Assembly (NCBI GenBank): GCA_038087875.1
Contig: CM075988.1
Coordinates: forward strand, 1,984,001 to 2,048,000
Reading direction: 5' to 3'
DNA: 64,000 nt
DNA from: Malacoraja senta
Lineage: Eukaryota
Shown: positions 25,519-39,735 of the stretch, piece by piece
How the letters are laid out: each line of letters starts with the position of its first letter
How positions within the stretch are numbered: position 1 is the first letter of the stretch
Made by a program: the position numbers and the translations under genes
Notes under the pieces: generated by a model
Seen by the model: the letters and a program-made list of their open reading frames with translations, nothing else
Told to the model about the DNA's origin: nothing
Databases searched by the model: none

Positions 25519-27274
25519 CTAATAACGTTGTTGTTTGCCTTTCTCCAATTTAGTACCTTCCTGCAAGATCCAGGCTTCTCCCTATTCAAAACAATCATGA
25601 CATTTGGAAACATGCATTAGGAAAAACAGGGATAGTCAAGAGTCAAGAGTCAAGAGTCAAGAGAGTTTTATTGTCATGTGTCCCAGATAGGACGATGACA
25701 TTCTTCCTTGCTGCAGCACAACAGAATATGTAAACATAGTACATAACAGGAGATATTGTTAACAGGGAAATCGTTGAAGCAATTTTTCCCTTGTTTCCCA
25801 CAATGTCCTAGGATACACTTGATCAGGTTTCCAGAATGTATCTTTCTTTACGCATCATAAGACACTAATACCTCCTCTTCTGCACCATTCTCTTGCCACA
25901 ACCATCTTTCCATTAATCCCCCCACTATCTAGAAATGTATTGATCGCTTTCTTGAAGATAATCCACAATGGATTCTCCAGAGCCTGACCTAGTGGAGGTC
26001 TAAGGATTCACCATCTGCTGGAGAAGTGCTGCATCCAAGGTCTCAGCTCCATTATGCTGACCCTGACCCCCCCAACATTAAAGTACACTTCCTTTGATGG
26101 CCACTTCCTGCGGAGTCTCAGTGTCCAGCGTTCCAAGCTCTTGTTCCTGTCCAAACACTGAGTTACTGCCGCTTCTTTCAATGCAATGTGTGGCATTTTC
26201 TGTCTTCCTCAAACTGGGGACACCAAGTACACACAGCTCTGTGAGGCAGTGTCGCTTGGCATTGGCATATTGGATAGATACCTGCATGTGGATGGGACAG
26301 TGCTAGTTGGCCGCGTGCACATCAGTTCAGGCACTCTACTTTCAGAGAGTTTCACCAGCCCAGGCCAGTCCAGATCTCGCTGACCCTCACCCTGTGCTTG
26401 TCTGGGGTCACAGACGGAGCAGATGCTTGGCCATTTGGGGGCCACAAAAGTGGTGACCACTGAAGTCCCAATTGCCCAGTGTAAAGCCAGTGTTGTGATG
26501 CCTTCTATCTGGAGGCATCACAGCTTGGTTTGGCAACTGCTCTGCCCAGGACCACAAGAAATTGCACAGCCCACTCCACTGCACAAACCAGCCTCCCTCC
26601 CACTGACTCCATCTACACCTCACACAGCCACAGGAAAGCAGCTAACATAACCAAGTTCACCCCAGTCATCACCACTTCTCCCCACTCCCATCATCAAAAG
26701 ATCCAAAAGCTTGAAAGTATGCACCACCCGATTTAGTAACAAATTCTTCCCCACTGTTGTCAGATTACTGAATGGAAGTGCCATTAGCTCGTGTGTAGTC
26801 CTGATCTACCTAATCGTGGACCTTGCACTGTTTTTTTAACTTTAATTTCTCTATAACTGTAACGCTACAATGCTGTAACACAATATTCTGCACTCTGGTA
26901 TTTTCTCTTTGCACTACCTGTTGTACTTGAGTATGGCTTGATTGTAATCATGTATGACATGATTTGTCTGGTCTAAAGAAGGGTCCCCACCCAAAACATC
27001 ACCTATCCATGTTCTCCAGGGATGCAGCCTGACCCACTTAGTTACTCCAGCTCTTTGTGACTGTTCATGTAAATCAGCATCCGCAGTTCTTTGTTTCTCT
27101 AGAGTATGATTTGACTGGATAGATAGATAGATAGATAGATAGATTCCTTTATTGTCATTCAGACCTTTCGGTCTGAACGAAATTCAACCCACACAACGAT
27201 ACCACACAAACAAAGTTTTTCACTGTATCTTGGTACATGTGACAATGATAAACAATACATTTACATAAAAATAT

Positions 27275-29565
27275 AAAAATAGAAAATAGGTGCAGGAGGA
27301 GGCCATTCGGCCCTTTGAGCCAGCACCGCCATTCATTGTGATCATGGCTGATCGTCCCCAATCAATAACCCGTGCCTCCCTTCTCCCCATATCCCTTGAT
27401 TCCACTAGCCCCTAGAGCTCTATCTAACTCTCTCTTAAATTCATCCAGTGACTTGGCCTCCACTGCCCTCTGTGACAGGGAATTCCACAAATTCACAACT
27501 CTCTGGGTGAAAATGTTTTTTCTCACCTCAGTCTTAAATGGCCTCCCCTTTATTCTAAGACTCTGGCCCCTGGTTCTGAACTCGCCCAACATTGGGAACA
27601 TTTTTCCCGCATCTAGGTTGTCCAGTCCTTTTATAATTTTATATGTTTCTATAAGATACCCCCTCATCCTTCTAAACTCCAGTGAATACAAGCCTAGTCT
27701 TTTCAATCTTTCCTCATATGACAGTCCCGCCATCCCAGGGATCGATCTCATGAACCTATGCTGCACTGCCTCAATCACAAGGATGTCCTTCCTCAAATTA
27801 GGAGACCAAAACTGTACACAATACTCCAGATGTGGTCTCATCAGAGCCCTATACAACTGCAGAAGGACCTCTTTACTCCTATACTGAAATCCTCTTGTTA
27901 TGAAGGCCAAAATTCCATTAGCTTTCTTCACTGCCTGCTGTACCTGCACGCCAACTTTCAGTGACTGGTGTACAAGGACACCCATGTCTCGCTGTACCTC
28001 CCCCTTACCTAACCTAACCCCATTGAGATAATAATCTGTCCCCTTGTTTTTGCCGCCAAAGTGGATAACCTCACATTTATCTATATTATACTGCATCTGC
28101 CACGCATCTGCCCACTCACTCAACCAATCCAGGTCACCCCGCAACCTCCTAACATCCTCTTCACAGTTCACACTGCTACCCAGCTTTGTATCATCCGCAA
28201 ACTTGCTAGTGTTGCTCCTAATTCCCTCTTCCAAATCATTAATATATATGGTAAACAGTAGCGGCCCCAACACCGAGCCTTGTGGCACTCCACTCGCCAC
28301 TGCCTGCCATTCTGAAACGGACCCGTTCACTCCTACTCTTTGTTTCCTGTCTGCCAACCAATTTTCTATCCATGTCAACACCCTACCCCCAATACCATGT
28401 GCCCTAATTTTAGTCACCAGTCTCCCGTGCGGGACCTTATCAAAGGCTTTATGAAAGTCTAGATACACTACATCCACTGGCTCCCCTTCATCCATTTTAC
28501 TTGTCACATCCTCAAAAAATTCCAGAAGATTAGTCAAGCATGATTTCCCTTTCATAAATCTATGCTGACTTGGACTAATCCTTTTACTGCTATCCAAATG
28601 CCCCATTATTACCTCTTTAATAATTGACTCCAGCATCTTTCCCACCACGAAGGACGGGCAAACTAGTCTGTAATTCCCTGTTTTCTCTCTCACTCCTTTC
28701 TTGAATTGGGATAACATTAGCTATCCTCCAATCCACAGGAACTGATCCTGAATCTATTGAACATTGGAAAATGATCACCAATACATCCACTATTTCTAGA
28801 GCCACCTCTCTGAGGACCCTGGGATGCAGACCATCAGGCCCAGGGGATTTATCATCCTTCAGTCCCATTAGCCTACCCAATACTATTTCTCGCCTAATGA
28901 GAATTTCTTTCAGTTCCTCTACCCCGTTAGATCCTCTGTCCTCCAGTACTTCTGGGAGATTGTTTGTGTCTTCCTTAGTGAAGACAGATCCGAAGTACCT
29001 GTTCAACTCTTCTGCCTTTTCCTTGTTCCCCATAATAATTTCACCCGTGTTTGCCTTCAAGGGACCCACATTTGACTTTGCTATTCTTTTTCCCTTAACA
29101 TATCTAAAGAAACTTTTACTGTCCTTCTTTATATTCCTGGCCAGCTTCCCCTCGCACTTCATCTTTTGTTTTCTGTTGTCCTATGAAAGTTTCCCAATCC
29201 TCTGGCTTCCGGCTACTCTTTGCTGTGTTATACATCTTTTCTTTTAGTTTTATTCTATTCCTAACTTCTCTTGTCAGCCACAGTTGCCTCCTACTCCCCT
29301 TAGAATCTTTCTTCCTTTTTGGAATGAAATGATCCTGCGTCTTCCGCATTATGCCCAGAAATTCCTGTCATTGCTGTTCCACCGTCATTCCTGCTAGGAT
29401 CCCTTTCCAGGCTACCTTGGCCAGCTCCTCCCTCATGTATTCATAGTCCCCTTTGTTCAACTGCATCACTGACACTTCCGATTTAACGTTCTCCTTCTCA
29501 AATTGCAGATTAAAACTAATCATATTATGATCACTACCTCCAAGCGGGTCCTTTACCTCTAGTTC
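27275..29565 (-). mobile_element. CR1 LINE ORF2 (RT and C-terminus open for 451 aa)
   Basis: ORF 27362-28717 has the full set of CR1 RT motifs. Upstream frames carry KSPGPDGLHPRVL and GGSDHN. Confidence 0.93.
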
Positions 29566-29574
29566 TCTAGTTAG

Positions 29575-30280
29575 GACTTTAGGAGGAGAGGAACACCCCT
29601 GTCCCCTGTCTCCATCAAGGGTGTGGATGTGCAGTTTACCAAGGAGTACAAATACCTTGGAGTTTGCCTGGCTGGTAAACTGGTCTGGTCCAGGAACGCT
29701 GAGGCAGTGTATAAGAAGGGACAGAGCCATCTGTACTTTCTGAGGAGGCTCCGCTCTTTCAACATCTGCAGTAAGATGCTGCAGATGTTCTATCAATCGG
29801 TAGTGGCTCATGCCATCTTCTACGCTGCTGTGTGCTGGGGCAGCAGGGCGAAGTCCGCGGATGCCAACAGAATCAACAATCTCATCAGGAAGCCTGGCTC
29901 CGTCCTGGGGCAGGAATTGGATTCATGGGAGGTGGTTTTGGAGGGGAGGATGCTCCTCAAACTGCGGAACATCTTGGACAATACAGCTCACCCCCTCCAT
30001 GACTCACTGGTCAACCTGACGAGTACCTTCAGCAACAGACTGGTTCCACCAAGATGCAGCACAGAACACCACAGGAGATCCTTTTTCCCTGTGGCTATCA
30101 AACTGTACAACTCCCCCCCCCCCTCTCCCCTCCCCACCTCCCCAATCTTTACACATCCACAATCCTGGACTTACCACTCGTCACTTTAATTTCATGTTTC
30201 AAGTATCTGTTGTGTTTTATGACCAATTTCCCTCCTGGGATAAATAAAGTTCTATCATATCATATCATTTCGTATCGTAT
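29575..30280 (+). mobile_element. Rex1/Babar-like LINE 3' end
   Basis: EYKYLGV..L.W..N...KK.Q..LYFLRRLRSF..FYQSVV..RSFFPVAIKLYN, followed by AATAAA and an (ATCAT)-like tail. Confidence 0.78.
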
Positions 30281-31479
30281 TGTAATAATTGATCAGGACT
30301 GCTGTCTGCAGTTGTGACCAGGACTGAGGTGCCAGCCTGCACATGTAACCCACTGGGCTTGGTGCCAACGTCAGCCTCAGCCTCCCAGTCTGGCTTCGAC
30401 CGGCATGGTAGCAGGTTCTGTCTCTGTGCAGAGTCCAAGCTCTGATCCTCGGTAATGTCAGGTAATGAGCCCACTCTACACCCTGGACCCTGAGCTCACC
30501 ACATGGCGGGTGGTCAGACCCCAGACCTGGGAGACTGGTGAAGGAGCCGCCTCCTGTTCCCCAATACTAAAGGTAACAGAGAGTGCTCCACTGCAGCCCT
30601 CCCGTCCAGAGCAAAAGGTCAGTCTGCGGAGAAGGTGCAGGTCTGTGAATGGTGTCACCACTGTAGCTTGGCCCCAAGGTGGCTTCAAACCCAGATTGAA
30701 TGGGAAAGTTGAACGTCCTCATGGGGTGGACTCAAGGACTACTGCTCTTCCTCTGTGACTTGTTGTGAACAAACGAGACGGTGAGTGAGTGGGAGGTGAT
30801 GCTGCCAGTGTGTGAGCAGGTCCATGCGTGTGAGTGCTCTCTTGCCCATCGGTGACCCTGCATGTTGGCAGGTCCATGCAAGGAGTCATGGGAGCAGGGC
30901 TCACCTGAACCGAGCTGGAGAGCTTGTTATTTCCAGGGACCACAATAATAGACAGGACATCCCATAACGTAACCCTGCAAACCACACGATTTCTTCCTTC
31001 TAACCCTCACCCATTCATTGGATTACATTACGCGGATAGGCAAGGGTTAGAGAGATGTGGGCCAAATGCAGACAGGTGGGACTAGTGGTGATGGGGCATC
31101 TTGGTCAGCGTAGACACGTTGGGTTGAGGGGTCTGTTTCCGTGCTGCGTGACTCTGATTCTAGTGCACCATTCTTCCTCGACACCATTTTTCACCTGTCA
31201 GGACCTTTACCAATCTTCTATAAAGGTATGAAAATGCCAGCAACACTCAGCAGATCAATATCTGAGATACATAAACTTCTGTTAACACTTCAGGACACAG
31301 AGCCCTTGCCAGAACTGTGAAAAGGAGAAACCAAGTGACCTAATGTTCTAAGGTGGGTGAGGGAGGGATGTTCGCTGGGAGGGTGGGGCCAGGGGAAGTG
31401 TACTTTGCTTGGGAATTCTCCTCTCATTCTCTAATGAACACAGTCCTCGTCTCCTCAACCTTGGCACGGCAGGGTGGTG

Positions 31480-33250
31480 CATCGATAGAGTTGCAGCCTT
31501 ACATCGATAGAGTTGCAAGAGACCTGGGTTTGATCCTGACTGTGGATGCTGCCTGTACGGAGTTTGTACGTTCCCTTCCGATGTCCTTAATAGGTAGGAT
31601 AAATGCTATAAAAATGATTTTCTTGCCACAAATCCTTTACCTATTTCAATCAATACCTATATATCTCCCAAAAAAGTTTTTCAAAAAACTGGACTCAGAC
31701 ATTACAAATTTTATATGGGATTACAAATCCCACAGAATACAAAGAACACACCTTAACAAACGAAAAGAGTTGGGGGGTCTAGCGCTCCCTAACTTTATGT
31801 ATTATAACTGGGCAGTAAATATTAAAAATATGATTCACCTGCTGGACAATTCTGCCCAGCAGGTGGACTGGATTATAATGGAAAAAGGGGATTGCTCCCC
31901 GAATAATATAGGAGCGATTATTCTCTCTCCAATAAATTTGAATAATAAAAATTATAATAAAAATCCAATTATATATAGCACTATTAGAACATGGAAGCAA
32001 ATAAAACAGAATCTAAAATTAAGAAACCTATCTCTCTTAATACCAATAGTCAATAACCCATCGTTTAAACCTTCAATCATAGATAAAGCATTTATACAAT
32101 GGGAAAGAATGGGAATTAAAACGCTCGAAGATCTGTATGAATTAGAAAAATTACTATCATTCCAACAACTACAACTGAAATATAATTTGAAAAATAATCA
32201 ATATTTTAAATATCTACAAATCTGTGACTATTTGAAAACACACACAAAAGATTATTATAATATGCCTTCCGACTTACTAGATGAAGCAATGAAGACAAAG
32301 GCGGAATCAGTTAATTTAATATCATACTTATATAATATCATCTTAAATATAGAAATACCCACAACAGATGGAATTAGAAGAGATTGGGAACAAGATCTAG
32401 GTATAAAAATTTCAAAAGAGAGTTGGGATAATCATTTATTACAGGTGCATAAATGCTCGATCAACGTACGACATACGCTTATCCAATTTAAAACATTACA
32501 TAGATTATATTATTCAAAAACCAAACTAAATAAAATCTTTCCTAACGTCTCACCAATCTGTGATAAATGTATATGTCAAGAAGCTACCATAGCACATTCT
32601 TTTGTTTTTTGTACAAAAATCCAAAAATTCTGGTTTGAAATATTTGATATTTTTTCAAAATTAATCAAAATAAAACTGGTACCAAAACCAGAATGGATTA
32701 TTTTTGGAATATCGGAAGGTATTCCTGAATTAAACGTGTATCAGAAGAATTTACTCAATTATGGGCTAATAATGGGAAAAAAGCTTATACTTAAATTCTG
32801 GAAAAATGCGCCCACACCAACAATAAAAATGTGGACATCAAATATGTTGGAAACATTACATCTGGAAGAGATGAGATTCCTCCTAGTAGGCAAAGTAGAT
32901 CAATTTCAAAAGACGTGGTCTACGTTTTTGGACCTATTACAAGCATGAGGTGCAATAGTAATTTAGAAAAACAAATAAATAAATAAAAGGTATCTGGACC
33001 TGGTAATGGGAGGTAAAATAAAAACAGACTTGGTTGGTAGTTCCTTCTCTATGAAGTATGGTATAAGAATTATAATAGAGCGATTGTTCCTTCTTTCTTT
33101 CTCTTTTTTTTTCTAGGGTCTATTTTCTAACTTTACTTCCTTCTCTAACTTCTTTTCTAAGGGGCTTTCTTTTCCCAACACTCTTTTGCACTTCACAACC
33201 TTTGTGCACTTTCTTCACTTTTCTTACTTCTTTCTTTTTCTTTCTTAAAG

Positions 33251-33284
<34 letters not shown>

Positions 33285-33508
33285 TTTGTACGTTCCTGCC
33301 GTGACCCTGAGGGTTTTTCTCCAGGTGCTCCAGTTTACTCCCATATTCCAAAGACATACAGGTTTGCAGGTTAATAGGTTTTTGGTAAAGATTGTAAATT
33401 GTCCCTAGTGTGTAGGATAGTGATAGTGTATGAGGATCACCTATAGTGTATAGGCACAGTGGGCTGGAGGGCCTGTTTCCACGCTGTATCTCTAAACTAA
33501 ACCAAACT
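31480..33508 (+). mobile_element. tRNA-derived V-SINE (HE1-like) split by the L1
   Basis: tRNA-like head (B box GGTTTGATCC) before 31574. The V domain and CTAAA tail resume after 33282. Confidence 0.85.
31575..33281 (+). mobile_element. 5'-truncated L1-clade LINE with poly(A), inserted in a SINE
   Basis: Uninterrupted ORF2 C-terminus to 32948 (SLIGRINAIKM..LP..LYLFQ, GGLALPNF..Y, C-x2-C-x8-H-x4-C knuckle). T-rich 3' UTR, ~31-nt poly(A) and a 15-bp TSD GAGTTTGTACGTTCC (31560-31574, 33282-33296). Confidence 0.95.
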
Positions 33509-33544
33509 CTCCTCATATGGCAAAGGTGCCACCCCTGGAACCAG

Positions 33545-35160
33545 TCATAGAGTCATAGTCATAGAGTGATACAGGCCCTTCGGCCCAACTTGGCCACACT
33601 GGCCAATATGTCCCAGCTGCACTAGTCCCACATGCCTGCGCTTAGTCCACATCCCTACAAACCTGACCTATCCATGTACCTGTCTCACTGTTTCTTAAAT
33701 GTTGGGATAGTCCCAGCCTCAACTACCTCCTCTGGCAGCTTGTTCCATACGCCAACCACCGTTTGTGTGAAAAAGTTACCTCTCAGATTCCTATTAAATA
33801 TTTTCCCCTTCACCTTGAACCTATGTCCTCTGGTCCTCGATTCCCCTACTCTCGGCAAGAGACTCTACCCGATTCATTCCTCTCATGATTTTGTACACCT
33901 CGATAAGATCACCCCTCATCCTCCTGCGCTCCAAGAAAATAGAGACCCAGCCTTCTCAACCTCTCCATGTACCTCACACCCTCTAGTCCTGGCAACATCC
34001 TCATAAATCTTCTCTGAATCCTTTCAAGCTTGATAATATTTTTCCTATAACATGGTGCCCAGAACTGAACACAATATTCTAAATGCGGTCTCACCAACGT
34101 CTTATACAACTGCAACATGACCTCCCAACTTCTATACTCTATACTCTGACTGATGAAGGCCAATGTGCCAAATGCCTTTTTGACCATCTTATCTACCTGC
34201 GACTTGACCTTCAAGGAACCATGCACCTGTACTCCTAGAGCCCTCTGCTCTACAACACTCCCCAGAGCCCCACCATTCACTGTGTAGGTCCTGCCCTTGT
34301 TGGACATCCCAAAATACACCTCACACCTCTCTGTATTAAATTCCATCAACCATTCCTCCGCCCACCTAACCAATCCATCCAGATCTTGCTGCAATCTTTC
34401 ACAACCACCTTCACTATCTGCAATACCATTAACTTTTGTATCATCAGCAAACTTACTAATCTTGCCCTGTATGCTCTCATCCAAATCATTGATGTAGATG
34501 ACAAACAGTAACTGGCCCAGCACCGAACCCTGAGGTACACCACTAGTCACAGGCCTCCAGTCTGAGAAGCAATCTTCCACCATCACCCTCTGCTTCCTTC
34601 CATGGAGCCAATTTGCTATCCATTCAGCTATCTCTCATTGGATCCCATGCGATTTAACCTTCCAGAGCAGCCTACCATGTGGAACCTTGTCGAACGCCTT
34701 ACTGAAATCCATGTATACAACATCTACAGCTCTGCCCTCATCGACCTTATTGATCACGTCTTCAAAAAACTCAATCAGATTTGTGAGACACGACCTCCCA
34801 CATACAAAACCATGCTGACTATCCCTAATCAGCCCTTGCCCATCCAAATGGCTGTGTAGCCTATCCCTCAGAATACTCTCTAGTAACTTTCCAGCTACAA
34901 ATGTTACGCTTTCCGGCATTTTCCCTGCAGCCCTTCTTGAAAAGAGGCACAACATTTGCCACCCTCCAGTCTTCCGACACCTCTCCTGTATTTAAGGACG
35001 ACACGTGAATTTCATCCAGGGCTCCCGCAATTTCCTTTCTAGTTTCCCACAATGTCCTTGGATATATCTGATCAGGCCCTGGAGATTTGTCTACCTTCAT
35101 ATGTGATATTACCTTCAGTACTTCTTTGACGGTAACACTGACATCCCGTGTTCCTATAAC
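33545..35160 (-). mobile_element. CR1 ORF2 RT region
   Basis: [41 protein letters not shown] and LVRPHLEYC motifs. Confidence 0.9.
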
Positions 35161-36254
35161 AGTCCCGTGAACCTTCGCTGAACTCCCTCTGTGGCACATA
35201 CGTCCTTCTCTGGGAATCATTCTGTATATCTACACTATCTATACGTATCTATATGTAACTCTATCTGGTCACGCCTCAGCCTCCTTCACTCCAGGGAAAG
35301 CAATCCCAGCAGATCCAATCTCTCCTCTTAGCCAAAGTCCAACATCCGTGTGTCATCCTGGTAAATCTACTCCACATTCCCAGCACAATCACATCCTCCT
35401 GAAAGAGTGGCTATTGGAACAGCGCACAGCACTCAAGGTAAGTCTTACCAGTGTTTTACAAACATTTATATTCTATACCCCAACCCATGAAGGCAAGCAT
35501 TGCAAATGCCTTCTTCAAAACCAGCCTAACTGTGTTGTCACACTCAGGGAACTATCGACTTGAACTCCAAGGTCTCTCTGTTCATCCACATTTCTTGCAT
35601 CCTACCATTTACTGCACATGTCCTTACTGTATGTCATATTCTACTTTTCTACTTGGGTAGTTTATAAGCCAACGGTATGAACATTGAATTCTCCAATTTT
35701 TGATATCTAACCTACTAACGCCCCCCCCCCTCTTATCCCCCTCTCTTCCCTGTGCCCAACCTGAATGTGCACCCATTTTCCCTTCTCCCTGTCCTCTTCC
35801 ACCCATATTCCTTCATCTGGCTTCACAATTTACGCCTCCTCTATCTATTTCTCCTTATCTTGCACTTTTTGTCTTTTCATCTCCGGCCTTTGTCCAATCA
35901 TTTGCCAGTCAATACCCCCTCATCTGTATCCACCTATCACTTGCCAGATATTGTCCTGCCTCTACCTCTCTTCCAGGAGACTGAAGAAGTGCCTCAACGT
36001 GAAATGGTCCACAAGGGTCCACAATTGACCATTGTGGGCTCCATCTTTCCTGAGTCATTGATGCAGGCTCTGCTTCATTCCATACCTTCTCATACATCTA
36101 GTTTCCCTCTCCCTCTCAGTCTGATGAAGGCTCTAATCCCGAAACCTCACCCATTCCTTTTCTCCAATGATGCTACCTGACTCGCTGAGTTACTCCAGCA
36201 TTTTGTGTCTACTCTCGACCCAAAACGTTGCCTATCCATGTTCACATTCACATT

Positions 36255-37380
36255 ATAGGAGTAGAATTAGGCCATTCGGCCCATCAAGCCTATGCCATTC
36301 AATCCTGGCTGATCTCTGCCTCCTAATTGCATTTTCCTGCCTTCTCCCCATAACCCTTGACACCCATTCTAATCAAGAATTTGTTTATCTTTGCCTTAAA
36401 AAATATCGACTGACTTGGCCTCCACAGCCGTCTGTGGCAATGAGTTCCACAGATTAACTACCCTCTGACTAAAGAGGTTCCTCCTCAACTCCTTTCTAAA
36501 AGAGCGCCCTTTAATTCTGATCTATGACTTCTGGTCCTAGACTCTCCCACCAGTGGAAACATCCTTTCCACTTCCACTCTATCTATGCCTTTCATTATTC
36601 TGTAAGCTCCAATGAGGTTCCTCCTCAACAGTCTAAACTCCAGCGAGTAGAGGCCCAGTGCTGTTAAGTGCTCATCATATGCTCACCCACTCATTCCTGG
36701 AATCATTCTTATAAACCTCCTCTGGACCCTCTCCAGAGCCAGCACATCCTTCCTCAGATATGGGGCCCAAATTTGCTCACAGTACTCCAAGTGAGGCCCG
36801 ACCAGCGCCTTATAGAGCCTCACCATTACATTTCTGTTTTTGTATTCCAGTCTTGATCTAAATGCTAGCATGGAATTTGCCTTCCTTACTACCGATTTGA
36901 CTTGCAAATTAACTTTTTGGGAGTCCTGCACCAGAACTCTCAAGTCCCTTTGTGCCTCCGATTTCTGGATTCTCTCTCCATTTAGAAAATAATCTATGCC
37001 TTTATTCTTGTTACCCCAAAATGCATGACTGCGCACTTTGCTACACTGAATTTCATCTGCCACTTCTCTGCCCACTCTCCTAACCTGTCCAAGTTCTTCT
37101 GCAGAGTCCTTGCTTCCTCTACACTGCCTGCCCCTCCATCTATCTGCAAACTTGGCCACAAAGCCCTCAATCCCCTTATCCAAATCATAAATCAACAACA
37201 TGAAGATAAGCAGCCTTAGCACCGACACTTGTGGAACTCCACTAGTCACTGGCAGCCAACCTGAAAAAGCGCCTTTTATTGCATCTCTTTGCCCTCTGCC
37301 CTCCAGCCAACCCGCTATCCATGTTAGTATCTTCCCTAGCAGCCTGACCTGCAACACCTTATCGAAGGCATTCTAAAAAT
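36255..37380 (-). mobile_element. CR1 3' fragment
   Basis: SGVPQ, KFAD and LERVQRRF remnants plus the 3' UTR. Confidence 0.85.
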
Positions 37381-39339
37381 CTCCAGAGATGTTCTCCAGA
37401 GATGCTGCTTGACCCGCTGAGTTACTCCAGCACTTTGTGTCTTTATTTGCTAACCAGCATCTGCAGTTCCGGGTGTCAACATTCTGAAGATGGTTCTCTT
37501 CAAAAATCATAATTAAATCAATGTAGATATTGACAACACTGTAGCCATGGAACCAATGGGTACAAAAATGCTCACAGCAAATCTAAAGATTAAGTTCAGA
37601 AGTACTTCTGGCTAATTTGATAATGGTGTTTTCCTCAAATTACTGTGGAACAATATAATCAACGAATGCATGACCTAGTTTAACACATTCCAGCATCAGT
37701 AATTTTTTGAAGTTATGATTTATTATCACTCAGTAACTTGTATCTTCTTGCCTCTTCTTATGAAAACTGCAACCACAACAAATTCCAGAGAACTTCAGCA
37801 TTGCACCAGTTATCATGGAATGTTACAGCTGACCCTGGTTCCTTCCTCTCCTTTATAATCGTGCAGCACAGAAACAGCTCCCTCAGCCCACCCCTCCATG
37901 ATGCCCATCTATACTAACCCCGTTCGCCTGCGTTAGGCCCGCTCTCTACACCTTTCCTAACCACATACCCGTCCAAATGCTTTTTCAACAGTAATTTTAC
38001 CTGCCTCTATCACCACCTCTGGCAGCTTATACCAAATAACCACCACCAAATGACAGTGATAAATCTTTACCACTCAAATCTCCTTTAAAATGCTCTCTTC
38101 TCACCTTAAACTGCCCTCTATTTCAGACTGAAGGATCTCGACCCAAAACGTCATCTATTCCTTTTTGCCAGAGATGCCGCCTCTCAGCTTTTTGTGTCTA
38201 TCTTTTTGTGTAAACCAGCATCTGCAGTCCCTTCCTACTCCCTCTATTTCAAAGCTCTCTTTGCATGAAGAAAATACCCTGACTATCTATCCTATGTCTG
38301 CCCATCATAATTTTATAAAACTCTTAAGTTCATACAATGGCTGTGTCCCAGGTTATTCTAGGAGCCCTGAAGATCTTTGTATCCTCTCTGGCCACAGGCA
38401 AGGCCCTGGAGGACTGGGGAGCTACTGCAGTTCCTATGCTTAAGAAGGGAAATAGGGAAAATTTCTGGAAATCATAGTCCGGTGATCCGGTGATCCGGTG
38501 ATCCTCACTGCAGTACTAGGGAAGCAGCTTGGAGAGGATTCTAGGAGATAAATTACTTGCATTTTGAATATGGCTGAATTAAGGATAGTCAGCATGGCAT
38601 TGTCCAGGACAGGCCATGTATTATGAACGGTTGTTTTTTGAGGCTGTGAAGGTGGTGATGTTAGGGCAGTGGATGTTGTTTACATGAACATTAGAAAAGC
38701 TTCTAATAAGTTCCCTCATGGAAGACTGATCGAGAAAATGAAGATGGAATCCATGGTGCAAGGGATCAGTGCGGAGACCCATGTTGTCTGTGATATATAT
38801 AAATTAATTTGAGGATGTAGATGTTGGTTTGTAAGTTTGCAGACATCACCATACAGACCTCCACGAGGTTAAGTATAGGAAAACACTGCAGATGCTGGTT
38901 CATTGAATGTAATTGAAATGAATACTTTATTATCACAAGTCACAGTGAAAATCTTTGCTTACATACTCAAGGTATGCAAATAGTAGCCCATAAAGGGAGC
39001 TTACAAAGTTACAAATCAACCCCCGCGTCAGGACTCTTTGTTTTTCCACCCCTCCCTCAGGCGGTCCCCTCACGCCAGGTCCTCCTTTACATCGACGATA
39101 GACACAAAAAGCTGGAGTAACTTAGCGGGTCAGGCACTTTTCTGGGGAGAAGGAATGAGTGACGTTTCGGGTCGAGATCCTGCAGACCCTTGCGTAAGTC
39201 AGATGGTATGTAGGTCAGAAACGGAGGTGTTACTGCGCACATGTAAATTTACTGTTCATACTGTGTAATACCAGTGGGAGGCCACGGGAGGAGCTCCAAC
39301 GTGGAGACGGCGTGGGGAGCTCCAAGGTGAAGACCATGG

Positions 39340-39735
39340 GGGGATCTTATAGAAACGTACAAAATTCTTATGGGGTTGGACAGGCTAGATGCAGGAAGAT
39401 TGTTCCCGATGTTGGGGAAGTCCAGGACAAGGGGTCACAGCTTAAGGATAAGGGGGAAATCCTTTAAGACCGAGATGAGAAAAAACGTTTTCACACAGAG
39501 AGTGGTGAATCTCTGGAACTCTCTGCCACAGAAGGTAGTTGAGGGCAGTTCATTGGCTATATTTAAGAGGGAGTTAGATGTGGCCCTTGTGGCTAAAGGG
39601 ATCAGGGGGTATGGAGAGAAGGCAGGTACGGGATACTGAGTTGGATGATCAGCCATGATCATATTGAATGGCGGTGCAGGCTCGAAGGGCCGAATGGCCT
39701 ATTCCTGTACCTATTTTCTATGTTTCTATGTTTCC
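39340..39735 (+). mobile_element. CR1 3' end
   Basis: Near-identical to 8420-8780, with a TTTCTATG tail. Confidence 0.9.
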
